Shown here: piece by piece, positions 18,754 through 27,852 of the stretch | Layout: the number at the start of each line of letters is the position of its first letter | Position numbering within the stretch: position 1 is the first letter of the stretch | IMG/VR virus record: IMGVR_UViG_3300033489_000009 | Span: 769-64,768 of that record | Source of the DNA: a virus | DNA: 64,000 bases | Reading direction: 5' to 3' (one strand) | The notes under the pieces: model-generated | The model's database searches: none | Told to the model about the DNA's origin: nothing | The model's input: the letters and a program-made list of their open reading frames with translations, nothing else | Made by a program: the position numbers and the translations under genes

Positions 18754-19820
18754 GAGGTCACCTCGGATGGGGTGGCAACAGCCTCAACCGTGGTGGGGAC
18801 GCACGGCAGGTGGTGTAGGTCGGCTTCAGGCCACTCCCCGGCCGCGACAGCATCTGGCGGCGGGTACAGGGCATCCGTGGTGGCAAGGTCCACGACGGTG
18901 TCCCCGTCACGTATCGGTTCGTCGCAGACGGGGCAGACGACGGGGCTCCACGTCTCACAGGTGCAGTTGTCGGCCGGCCCAGACCAGTCGGAGCATCCCG
19001 GGGAGTCGAATCCCTTCGCGACGAACGGCGTCGGGTCGTGAGGGCGGGTCACCTGCTGCTCACCTCCGAGTGTGCTGTGAGGACGGCGCGGACCAGGGCC
19101 GCGTGCTCGGTGTCGGTGCCGTCGGGGCGGATGAACCCGTAGAGCGTCGCGACGGCGACGGCGTCCGGTCCGGGGTTGGGCAGGCGGGCAAGCTCGGCGT
19201 GGAAGTAGGCGACCGCCCGGGCGGTCCACTGGCCGGCGTCCGCGGTGGCGCGGGCCGGGCCAGTGAACGTCTCGTGGCTCATGACGTGACCGCCGTGCCG
19301 TCGCCGGTCTCGGCCTGGTCCGGGTGGGTGGCCACCTCGACGGTGAAGCGGGACCCGTCCGGGAGGGTGAGCACACCGACGACCCACAGGACGACGCGCG
19401 CACTGCCGGGGGCGGCGTCGATGACCGTCTCGCCGGTCGGGTCGGCGCCGGTCAGGGCCCGCACGTACTCCCGACCCTGGTCCGGGGGCACCCTCCGGTC
19501 GTAGTCGGCGGTATGCAGGTGGACCAGGAGTGCACCGTTGCCGTGATCCGCCACCGATGCGGTCAGGGCGTGGTGGTCGGCGGTCTGCAGTACGTGGGCG
19601 TATGCGGCGACCCGCGGCTCGGCGGCCAGCTGGGTGCGGAGGGCGGTGATGCTGTGGGCGGCGTGGTCGATCTGCGCGGTGACCAGCTCGCGGGCCTGGG
19701 CGCCGAGGTCGGTGTCGTCGCCGGCTTCGAGGCAGAGGGCGGCAAGGAGGGCTGCGACGGCCCGATCCGGGGCGTACCCGGCCGTGAGGAGCTGTCCGTA
19801 CCTGTCAGCGACGGTGGCCA

Positions 19821-19821
<1 letters not shown>
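18750..19821 (-). CDS. Three coupled hypothetical ORFs (18750-19052, 19049-19282, 19279-19821)
   Basis: 4-nt overlaps; the first contains CPVCD and H..C motifs. Confidence 0.6.
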
Positions 19822-20089
<268 letters not shown>

Positions 20090-20093
<4 letters not shown>

Positions 20094-20524
20094 CGGGTCA
20101 CCGCCAGGCTGGTGGCGACGGTGAGAAGCTCCAGCTCCCCAGGAGTCGGGACGTCGGGGCGGGCACCGAGCGCGGCCTCGATCTCCAGGACGGTCCGGGT
20201 CAGGTAGCAGGCCAGGTTGTCGTGCTCGGCGTCGGCGGCCTGGCACTGCCGCCAGACGTGCGCCTGGAGCGTCGCCTGCGCGGTGGCCTTCTCGGCCGTG
20301 GTCATGGCCGGGTCGTCGAAGATCAGCCGGGACCGGGTCTCCAGGAGCCAGGCCAGGCGTTCGGCCTGGAGCTGGTGGGCGGCGTGGGCGGCGTGCAGGT
20401 CCCGGCGGGCTGCGGTCAGGCCGAGGGTGAGGACCTCACGTCCGCGGTCGGTCAGGCCGGTGGGGAAGTAGGGAGTCGGTCGTCGCGGGTGATTTGTGGC
20501 GGTAGTTGTGGTTTCCGTGCCCAT
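20090..20524 (-). CDS. Hypothetical helical protein
   Basis: 144 aa ORF with GGAG RBS, downstream of cro. Confidence 0.6.
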
Positions 20525-20642
20525 CGGGGAGACTCCCTAGGTAGCGTGTTGCTGTTGTGGTGGCCCCGTGGCTGGGTGGCGGTGGGGCCGGCGGGTGTTC
20601 GGATTGGGTCCCTGCTTTGGCGGCGGGGGCCCTTTCTGCTGG

Positions 20643-20906
20643 TCAGGCCGAGGCGGGCATCGACAGGTGTCCGTCGGCTCGACGCATCAGCTCGATTGCG
20701 GTGATGTCGAGCGCCCGGGCATACCGTGCAAGCGCGTCGACCGGGATGGCTGATCCGCCGGACAAGTGCCGTGCCGCAGTCTTGAATGGGGTATCTGAGA
20801 CCTCAGCGAGTCGGCGCCCGGACCACTGCCTGCGGGCCAGTTCGGCCCGAAGCTCTGCCGCGACGCGCTGCGATAGGAGCGGTTCGGCGGGTGGCTGGTG
20901 AGTCAT
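20643..20906 (-). CDS. Cro-like XRE-family HTH protein
   Basis: VAAELRAELARRQWSGRRLAEVS..PFKTAARHLSG; divergent from the repressor. Confidence 0.8.
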   Translation of the reverse strand: MTHQPPAEPLLSQRVAAELRAELARRQWSGRRLAEVSDTPFKTAARHLSGGSAIPVDALARYARALDITAIELMRRADGHLSMPASA

Positions 20907-20942
20907 GGGTGAGACAGTAGGGCCGGAAATGACTCAGGTCAA
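20899..20942 (-). promoter_or_regulatory. Leaderless lytic promoter for cro with operator motifs
   Basis: TTGACC (20937-42), N17, TACTGT (20914-19), ATG 7 nt downstream; TGA(G/C)TCA at 20930-36 and 20899-905. Confidence 0.75.
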
Positions 20943-21043
20943 GCCATCGGCGTGTCGTTACCGATTCGATTGAGTCGGAGAAGCCAGACGATGTGTCTTT
21001 CGGCATCTTGCTCGGGCCGTATTCGACACGGCACACTGTGGCG

Positions 21044-21433
21044 ATGACGTTCAACCAGACGGTGGCTGCTGAAGTACGGGCGGAGATGGCCCGTCAGCGC
21101 ATGTCAGCGCGGGAGTTGTCGCGCCGATCCGGGCTTGCGCAAGCAACGCTCGCCAGGAAGATCCGCGGCGATGCGGAGCTCGGTCTGGACGATATCGACG
21201 TGATCGCCGAGGCACTCGGTGTGGATGTGGTCGATCTCATCCCTCGACGGCTGCCCGCAACCGGGACGGGTGGCGGCCCAACCCCTCAGGTGCTGGCCAG
21301 GGCGACCAGGACGAACCGGCAGAAGGCAGGCACGGGGCGTAACGGCATGAGTGCACAAAGCCGACCGAGATACGGACAGTCGCCGGACCAGGCCGTGACC
21401 CGGCTCGACTCCTACCGCATCCGGGCAGCGTAG
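21044..21433 (+). CDS. Immunity repressor (XRE HTH) with C-terminal extension ending ...LDSYRIRAA
   Basis: VAAEVRAEMARQRMSARELSRRSGLAQATLARKIRGD; lies between cro and the integrase. Confidence 0.85.
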   Translation: MTFNQTVAAEVRAEMARQRMSARELSRRSGLAQATLARKIRGDAELGLDDIDVIAEALGVDVVDLIPRRLPATGTGGGPTPQVLARATRTNRQKAGTGRNGMSAQSRPRYGQSPDQAVTRLDSYRIRAA

Positions 21434-21521
21434 GACCCACAATGCCCGGGGAATCCCCCAAACAGATGATCACCAGCTGTAACGGTCCCGTCATTCTTCG
21501 CACACGTACACGATCTTCGCC

Positions 21522-22379
21522 ATGACAGCCCGAGACCTGGGGGCCGCTGTCATCACCCGGTTCCTCGACGACAGCCGGGCACGCGGTCTCTCCACCGACG
21601 GAACCCTCCCCGGATGGCGCCGCACCCTCGACGCCCTCTCCCGCTGGGCCGACCAGCCCGTCCTCTACCTCACCGAGGACCAGCTCCGCGCCTGGGCCCG
21701 GGAACGGGCGAAGGAGATCCTCCCCCAGACCCTCCACGGCTACGTCGTCTGCCTCCGCGCGTTCTACTCCTGGGCGGTCCGCACCGGCCTCCTCTTCGAG
21801 AACCCGGCCCTCGCCCTCGAGCTACCCCGCCTGCCGAAACGCACCCCAGACCCGATCACCGAACGGGCGTACAGCCTGTGCGTCGACACCGCGCCCCTGG
21901 ACCTCGCCGCCTGCTACGGCCTCGCCGGGTTCGCGGGTCTGCGCGCCTGCGAGGTCGCCCGCCTCGCCTGGCCCGCCGTCCGGTGGGCCGAGCAGATGCT
22001 CCGCCTCGACGGGAAGGGCGAGGTCGAGCGGGTCGTGCCCATGTCGACGCCGCTCGCCGAGCTCCTCATCCGCCTCCCCGTCCGGGCCGCGGCCCGCCGG
22101 GGGCCGGTGATCCGCCGCCGCGACGGCCAGGCAGGCCACAACCGGCCGCACACCATCTCCCAGACCGCGAACACCTGGCTGGCCGACCACGACATCCCCT
22201 GGACGCTCCACAAGATGCGGCACCGGTTCGCCACCAGACTCCTCGACGAGGGCGCCGACGTCCGCATCGTCCAGGAGGCCCTCGGCCATGCGTCCCTATC
22301 GAGCACGGCGATCTACACGAAGGTCCGCCCAGAGCGGCTCCGGGCCGCGATCGAAGCAGCCGGCCGGATCATCGCCTGA
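21522..22379 (+). CDS. int: Tyrosine integrase lacking an N-terminal arm-binding domain (285 aa)
   Basis: GLRACEV (Arg), GKG (Lys), HKMRHRFAT (HxxR), LGH and AIY (Tyr) catalytic set. Confidence 0.93.
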   Translation: MTARDLGAAVITRFLDDSRARGLSTDGTLPGWRRTLDALSRWADQPVLYLTEDQLRAWARERAKEILPQTLHGYVVCLRAFYSWAVRTGLLFENPALALELPRLPKRTPDPITERAYSLCVDTAPLDLAACYGLAGFAGLRACEVARLAWPAVRWAEQMLRLDGKGEVERVVPMSTPLAELLIRLPVRAAARRGPVIRRRDGQAGHNRPHTISQTANTWLADHDIPWTLHKMRHRFATRLLDEGADVRIVQEALGHASLSSTAIYTKVRPERLRAAIEAAGRIIA

Positions 22380-22387
22380 TCAGCGGC

Positions 22388-22409
22388 CAGCCTGCGCATG
22401 CGCAGGCTG
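22388..22409. other. Perfect 22-bp palindrome immediately downstream of the integrase
   Basis: CAGCCTGCGCATGCGCAGGCTG. Confidence 0.7.
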
Positions 22410-22470
22410 CCACTACTGCCAGCCGGCCAACCCCGACCGAGTGACCCACGAAGGGCCCTTGGGCCCCACG

Positions 22471-22509
22471 TGTAGACGGATCTACAGATCACGTGTAGAG
22501 TGTTCTACA
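22471..22509 (+). promoter_or_regulatory. Leaderless promoter overlapped by two palindromic operators
   Basis: TAGACG-N17-TAGAGT; TGTAGA-N4-TCTACA at 22471-86 and 22494-509; ATG at 22509. Confidence 0.8.
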
Positions 22510-22880
22510 TGACGACGACAGCGGCGATCAGCTACCGGGTCCAGCCGTACCACCCCGAGACCTACACCCATGAGGTCACGGACATGCACTCCTGGACCGT
22601 CACCGCCGCCGATGGCACCGTGATCTCCGAGCTGTACGTCGACATGACCACCCTCGAAGTCCGCAACATCTGGACCCACGAGGACCACCGCGAGCAGGGC
22701 CACGCCACCGCCCTCTGGACCGCAGCCACCGAGATGCTCCCGGTCCGCCACTCCCACGCAGCCCACCGCACCGACGACGGCGACCGGTTCGCTGCCCGCG
22801 TCGGCGGCGAAACTGCCCCCTGTACCGATGACTGCGACTGCGACGCACCCACCGACGACGACTACGACACGGAGGACTGA
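22509..22880 (+). CDS. Minimal GNAT-like acetyltransferase with Cys/acidic tail
   Basis: Motif A-like EVRNIWTHEDHREQGHATALW, then RTDDGDRF; tail CTDDCDCDAPTDDDYDTED. Confidence 0.7.
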   Translation: MTTTAAISYRVQPYHPETYTHEVTDMHSWTVTAADGTVISELYVDMTTLEVRNIWTHEDHREQGHATALWTAATEMLPVRHSHAAHRTDDGDRFAARVGGETAPCTDDCDCDAPTDDDYDTED

Positions 22881-22886
22881 CCCCCC

Positions 22887-23273
22887 ATGAAGAACCCCGC
22901 CTACATCAGCCAGCGCCGCTGCGAGCGGGGCCCCCGCTGGCACGTCGCCGGGACCATCCGGGCAGGCGAGTACAGCGACGCGTACACCACCAGCGCGGCG
23001 GACGCTGAGCGGCTCGCGGACACCTACCAGGCGGACGGCCTGCACCAGGTGCGAGTCACCCCGCCCGTGCAGTACGAGGACCTGTCGGTCGAGGCGAAGC
23101 GGATCGGGGATGCCCTGCTCGCCGCTCGGACCGCCGCGGCAGACCTCCTGCAGCAGGCCGCAGCCATCACCCCGCAAGCCCACGACGAGGGGCTAGGAGT
23201 CGAGGAAACCCGGCTCGCCACGCTGCTCGCCGTGGACCGGATGACGATCCGCAAGTGGCTGGGCAAGCGCTGA
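22887..23273 (+). CDS. Protein with C-terminal HTH
   Basis: Ends GVEETRLATLLAVDRMTIRKWLGKR; GGAGG RBS. Confidence 0.75.
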   Translation: MKNPAYISQRRCERGPRWHVAGTIRAGEYSDAYTTSAADAERLADTYQADGLHQVRVTPPVQYEDLSVEAKRIGDALLAARTAAADLLQQAAAITPQAHDEGLGVEETRLATLLAVDRMTIRKWLGKR

Positions 23274-23279
23274 CCCCGC

Positions 23280-23924
23280 ATGCCCAGCCGCGAGCGTGGA
23301 GTGACCCGCCCTGGTGAGCCTGCACGAATGCCGGCCGCCGGGCGGGTCTGCGGTCAGGATCGGGGTCCCGCATCCTGTGCGGGACCGGTCTGGGCCCGCG
23401 GCTTGTGCCGCCGCCATTACCGGCAGCAGGCCCGCGGCGGCGTGGTCGACGCGGGCGAGCGGGCGGTCGGGGCGCCGTCCGGACATGGCCAGTGGGGGAT
23501 CGTCGACGTCGACGAGGGTGACGGCGGGCGTCTGGTCTGCCACGACTGTGGCCGAACCTTCATTGCACTTGCTGTCCACATCGGGATGGTTCATGACGAC
23601 GTCCACCCCGGCGGGGTCCGTGAGTACAGGCTCCGGCACGGACTCCCGATGAGCGTGTCGCTCATCGCCCGGGATCTGGCCGCGAGGCTGGCTGAGGCGG
23701 CCCGCCCCGCGGCCAGCCGCCTGGCCGCGGTCAGGTCCCCGGACACCCTCGGCGCCCCGCAGGAAATGGTCACGCGTGGACTACGGCTGTCCCGGAGGGT
23801 GGGGCGTCCTCGACCGGATCGGTATCCCGCGATGCCACGAATTGGACCGGAAGCCCTGCGGCCGGTCCCGGACGGCGGTCCCGTCACGCTCCATCCGCGC
23901 GAGTCCCCCGACCACGTCTACTAG
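23280..23924 (+). CDS. MucR/Ros-like zinc-finger regulator
   Basis: N-terminal C..C..ARGLC..HY finger; LVCHDCGRTF..L..HI...H....VREYRLRHGLP..VSL. Confidence 0.7.
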   Translation: MPSRERGVTRPGEPARMPAAGRVCGQDRGPASCAGPVWARGLCRRHYRQQARGGVVDAGERAVGAPSGHGQWGIVDVDEGDGGRLVCHDCGRTFIALAVHIGMVHDDVHPGGVREYRLRHGLPMSVSLIARDLAARLAEAARPAASRLAAVRSPDTLGAPQEMVTRGLRLSRRVGRPRPDRYPAMPRIGPEALRPVPDGGPVTLHPRESPDHVY

Positions 23925-24026
23925 CGAGGCGCCGATTGCGTTTGCGGCGACTGATGCTCCCGTGGACCGCCTCCGATCGGCCCGCGCCGGCAGCCATTCC
24001 CAGATCCTCGCCTCCAGGTCATCCAT
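23781..24026 (-). CDS. Small winged-HTH-like protein, last gene of the Cas operon
   Basis: GGAGG RBS; MDDLEARIWEWL...ANAIGASLVDVVGGLARMERDGTAV...WHRG. Confidence 0.55.
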   Translation of the reverse strand: MDDLEARIWEWLPARADRRRSTGASVAANAIGASLVDVVGGLARMERDGTAVRDRPQGFRSNSWHRGIPIRSRTPHPPGQP

Positions 24027-24031
24027 GGCGT

Positions 24032-25045
24032 CTACCTCCAATCCCCTCGATCGTCGACCCGGACGGATGATGTCGCGGCACGCCGGGACCCCTTCACGAA
24101 TATCAGCGTGTGCTGGTGGCCTCGGCCGAGGCTCCGGCCGGTGCGCATCGCGTGATAGCCGCGCATCGCAGACGTCCCGCACGGTGGGATCAGGACCGCT
24201 GCCGACACCAGATGAAGCCCGGCATCCTCGAATGCGCGGATCGCCATGCCACGCAGATCGATCAGACGCCCATCCCGGGCCCGCACGTCTCCGATGACGA
24301 GGCCCGCGAACCTGTCGGCGCGCAGAGCGCACGCAGCGCCGTCGACGATCCGTCTCAGTGCTCGCTCATACTGATCCACGGTCATGGTCGACAGGTCGGC
24401 CGGATCGTCCGAGTACCTCTCCGTCCAGAGGTAGGGGGGGCATGTCCACACGAAGTCGACGCTGCCCGGATCCAGGGAATCGACCCACCGCGCTGCGTCG
24501 GCGTGCGCCCACTCCGCGGATGTCAGCGAGGGGATCCCTCGCATCGCCAGCTCGGCGCAATGGGCGCGGTTGGCCTCGACCTGGGCTGCCGAAAGATCAC
24601 ACCCGATGTACCGGCGGCCGATGACCGCGGCGACGACTCCCCTGGTGGGGCCCCCGGCGAACGGGTCCAGGATCAGCCACCCCGGCGCCGTCCACCACCG
24701 ATACGCCAGCTCGCACAAGACGGGATCGAATTGGCTGGTCCCGGTGCCGAACGCTCCGCCACCAGCCATGGAAGCCGACTGGCGGTACTGATCGGCCTCG
24801 AACTCGGCGGCCGTCAGATCCCTCCCTGCGGCATCCTTAGCCGCCTGAAACTGCTGGTAATAGCTCGGGTCACGGCTAGTCGCGGTCGACAGCAGGAGAC
24901 GCCCCGGTCGCCCGACACTCGGATCGAGCCCGATGGCAAGCCACTCCTTCCGGCGCGCCTGCCACTTCCCGCGCCGCTGATCGAGCAGGTCGAACGGCGG
25001 CAGGCCGGACAGCCGATCAGTGGCCGAAGGGATCGCAGCGCTCAC
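24032..25045 (-). CDS. SAM-dependent amino-methyltransferase (probably DNA m6A/m4C)
   Basis: TSQFDPVLCE..YRWW, ILDPFAGGPTRG, YIGCDLS and WTCPPY...Y motifs. Confidence 0.85.
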   Translation of the reverse strand: MSAAIPSATDRLSGLPPFDLLDQRRGKWQARRKEWLAIGLDPSVGRPGRLLLSTATSRDPSYYQQFQAAKDAAGRDLTAAEFEADQYRQSASMAGGGAFGTGTSQFDPVLCELAYRWWTAPGWLILDPFAGGPTRGVVAAVIGRRYIGCDLSAAQVEANRAHCAELAMRGIPSLTSAEWAHADAARWVDSLDPGSVDFVWTCPPYLWTERYSDDPADLSTMTVDQYERALRRIVDGAACALRADRFAGLVIGDVRARDGRLIDLRGMAIRAFEDAGLHLVSAAVLIPPCGTSAMRGYHAMRTGRSLGRGHQHTLIFVKGSRRAATSSVRVDDRGDWR

Positions 25046-25767
25046 CTAGGGGTCCTGTCGAGGCGGTCCCGCACGGAGCGGACCTCCGGGTAGTAGGTGT
25101 CCTCCCAGTCGCCGCGTCCATACTCGGCGCCTCTCGACCCACCCAGAGAGGACACCCGCAGCCGATCTCGAGGTATGACCCCACCGAATGACATTGCATA
25201 GGCGGGATGAAGTGGAAGGTCGTGCAGTGCCGCGTACGCCCACACGTCGGCAGACCTCCACCTGATGATCGGCCTGCATGATGTCGCCGTTACTACCCCG
25301 TGGACCGCAGCTGACATCCCGCGCGCCCGCGACTCGTCGGCCCGGAGCCCGGTGATTCGCCTCGGGCTCTCATGCTCCTCCAGCCACCGGTACGGGTTCG
25401 GGCTGGCGATCCCGTACTCACGGTAGGGGGTTGGCCACCGCGCGAGGTAGGCGTCGGCGACGGACTGGCAGTCCGGGTTGCGTAGCCTGTCCGTCCCTTC
25501 CCTGGCCCCGTATGTGACGTATATCAGCTCTATGTCTAGGTCGCGGGCGAGGTGAGCGACCGTGACCGAGTCGCGACCCCAGGAGACTCCGATGTGACAG
25601 GGACCGGCGGCGGCAAACCCTGCGATGCAGGTATGGGCTGCCTCGGCGAGCCGGTCCAGCCTGCGAGCGATGTGGGACGCCCGGACGGTGGCCGCGTCGT
25701 ATCGGGCCAGCCTGGACCACACGGCCCGGTCGTCGCCGGTGAGCCGCGGCGAGTCGATGAGAGCCAT
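25042..25767 (-). CDS. cysH: CysH-like (PAPS reductase family) protein of type IV-B systems
   Basis: PP-loop SWGRDS, ITGLRADESRAR, RPIIRW..ADVWAY...HDLPLHPAY. Confidence 0.88.
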   Translation of the reverse strand: MALIDSPRLTGDDRAVWSRLARYDAATVRASHIARRLDRLAEAAHTCIAGFAAAGPCHIGVSWGRDSVTVAHLARDLDIELIYVTYGAREGTDRLRNPDCQSVADAYLARWPTPYREYGIASPNPYRWLEEHESPRRITGLRADESRARGMSAAVHGVVTATSCRPIIRWRSADVWAYAALHDLPLHPAYAMSFGGVIPRDRLRVSSLGGSRGAEYGRGDWEDTYYPEVRSVRDRLDRTPR

Positions 25768-26492
25768 CAGACGGCCATCCCAGGGGTGACGGGCATCTTG
25801 CGGGTGCCATGCCAGTAGGGGGCCCTGACTGCGCCCGGGACGCCGCGCCCGACGGGGGCCGGGAAGTCGCGGTTCATCCATGCGTCCCGGTCGGCGGGGC
25901 CACCCTCCTGGACCTCGACCTTGAGGACGCGGCCGTTCCCGTGCCCGGTGACCCGGCCGAGGGCCCGGAGCCTGGTCAGGAGGCTGGCGGTGGCGTCCTG
26001 GTCGCCGAGCGCCCACCACGTGACATGGGTGACGAGACGCCCCGGGTAGGTGATGTTGCGGGCCTTGTGCGCGCCGAGCCCATCATGATGCCGGGCATCG
26101 GTCGTGTATCGGGCGTACTCCTGGGTGGGTGGCTTCTTGCGGATCTCGACGGCGGTGGTCCCGTGCTCGGTAAGGACGGCCCGTGAGCAGCACCAGCCCC
26201 ACACGGTGCCGTCGGCGGCAAGCAGGGCCGGATTAGTGCCGGCCGGTGCGGGTCTGGTCCAGGTGGCCAGCGGGACCCTGAAGTCCGCGCACCGGTCCAC
26301 GGTGAGCGGCGGCAGCACAACCCCGGACTCGCGGGCAGCCAGGTAGGCGCAGTACGCGAGCGGCCCGTCCAGATGCATCGGGTCCGCGACAGTGATCACC
26401 GGGTCGGCGATCGTGGCGACCACCCGGAACGGCCGCCACGCCGGGGACGCCACCGTGTCGGCGACATCCCCGACGCGCACGACCCTGCTCAC
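25767..26492 (-). CDS. csf3: Type IV Cas5-like subunit Csf3
   Basis: HLDGPL, W..S.A, and a C-terminal G-loop LGRVTGHGNGRV...W...R..P...RAPYWH. Confidence 0.85.
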   Translation of the reverse strand: MSRVVRVGDVADTVASPAWRPFRVVATIADPVITVADPMHLDGPLAYCAYLAARESGVVLPPLTVDRCADFRVPLATWTRPAPAGTNPALLAADGTVWGWCCSRAVLTEHGTTAVEIRKKPPTQEYARYTTDARHHDGLGAHKARNITYPGRLVTHVTWWALGDQDATASLLTRLRALGRVTGHGNGRVLKVEVQEGGPADRDAWMNRDFPAPVGRGVPGAVRAPYWHGTRKMPVTPGMAV

Positions 26493-27406
26493 GCCCGGAC
26501 CTGCAGCAGCGCCCGGATCGCGTCAGCGTGACCACTCAGGTGGTCGACGTACCGGGCCGCCGCCGCGGACACGTCGCCGGTGAGCTCGGAGGTGTCGGAG
26601 GACACGACAGCGCACCGGCCGAAACCCTGCGCGCCCCTCGCTCCCAGCCGCCACACGCCGCCCGCAGTGACCCGGGTCAGGGCCGCACACAGGGCGTCGA
26701 CCTCGGCAGGGACCGCCGCGTCGACACCGACCTCGAACGCCCACAGGGACCCCGCCTGGATCACCTGCATGTCGTAGATCATCTGCGTTGATGCGGGAGC
26801 TGCATCCCCGAACATGGCCTCCGCGACCAGCCGGTCCACCGAAGAGCCGGTCACGTCGTGGCGGGTCCCGAACTCTTCCCCCATCCAGTCGACCGCGCGC
26901 ATCCCGGCGGACGGGTCACGCATCACGGTGGCCGGGATCCGCCACTCATTCTCCCGGCAGGCCAGGTGCGCGTTGGATACGCGGAGGCTGCCGCGGACGA
27001 TGTCCGACCCCAGCGAGTAGCCGAGCAGCGGCAGGGACGGCAGGAGCGTGTGCCGCTCCGCCATCGCCCGCAGGTCGGTTTGTGCGCCGGTCTCCGTCAA
27101 TGCCCCACCGGACCACAGGAGGTCGACGATCGCCTTCGGGAGACCGTTGTCGGGGACCTGCAGGGTGTCGACGGTGATCCAGGCGAGGGCATCCCGGATG
27201 GCGTGCCGGATCGAGTTGCCGGACACGAACGGGGTGCGGCGACGCTCCCCGTCCGGGCCGACGGAGTCCTGCATGCGCACCAGGGCGGTGTTACCGGCGG
27301 TGCCTGCGCCGTGGTGGATCGGGTCGAGGGCGCGGAGGGTGACGGGGATGCGGGCCGTGACGGTCCGCTGGTAGGTGCCGGCCCCCGCCTCGATGGTGGC
27401 AGTCAT
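26489..27406 (-). CDS. csf2: Type IV Cas7-like backbone Csf2
   Basis: LDPIHHG..TAGNT..R, PFVSGNSIRH.IR, LWSGGAL, LPLLG, QMIY..Q....G and LGARGAQGFGRC G-loop. Confidence 0.9.
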   Translation of the reverse strand: MTATIEAGAGTYQRTVTARIPVTLRALDPIHHGAGTAGNTALVRMQDSVGPDGERRRTPFVSGNSIRHAIRDALAWITVDTLQVPDNGLPKAIVDLLWSGGALTETGAQTDLRAMAERHTLLPSLPLLGYSLGSDIVRGSLRVSNAHLACRENEWRIPATVMRDPSAGMRAVDWMGEEFGTRHDVTGSSVDRLVAEAMFGDAAPASTQMIYDMQVIQAGSLWAFEVGVDAAVPAEVDALCAALTRVTAGGVWRLGARGAQGFGRCAVVSSDTSELTGDVSAAAARYVDHLSGHADAIRALLQVRA

Positions 27407-27852
27407 CAGAACATGGCTCCTGTGTCGTCGGTGGCTGCGGGCGCTGCGGATGTCTTGGTGGCCTTGTCGGCGCGCTTGTCGGCGCGGCGGAGACGCACCA
27501 TCGCCGCGATGTAGACGGCATCCCTTTCTGCGATCCGGCGCCACCGGGCGAACGTGACCGGGTCGGCCAGTGCGGCCTCGATCCCGGCGACCGTCCGGCC
27601 TGTGTGCTCAGGGAGTGTCGCCACCTGCAGTTTCCCGGACATGACGGTGACCATGTCCCGGATGCTGGTGGCGCGCGCTGCCGCAGCGGTCAATGCCGTG
27701 GTGGCGCGCGGCCACCAGTGGGCGACACCGATCGTCGCGACGTCGGCGGCGCCGAGCATCGCGTCGAGCATGTCCTCGGCGACGACAGCGAGAACGTCGT
27801 CGGGGACGTTGGGTGGGAGCCGGTCAGGCCGCGTAGCGGTCGGCGAGGTCAC
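27406..27852 (-). CDS. cas11: Type IV-B small subunit Cas11
   Basis: 148 aa all-helical protein (HWWPR..TAL..AAARA) between csf1 and csf2, the canonical IV-B position. Confidence 0.7.
   Translation of the reverse strand: MTSPTATRPDRLPPNVPDDVLAVVAEDMLDAMLGAADVATIGVAHWWPRATTALTAAAARATSIRDMVTVMSGKLQVATLPEHTGRTVAGIEAALADPVTFARWRRIAERDAVYIAAMVRLRRADKRADKATKTSAAPAATDDTGAMF

Noticed and set aside
21240-21430. tRNA-derived attP core in the repressor tail
   Set aside because: The reverse strand has GGTTCGTCC rather than a T-loop GGTTCGA(A/G)TCC and I could not fold a tRNA arm; the attP location remains an inference only.
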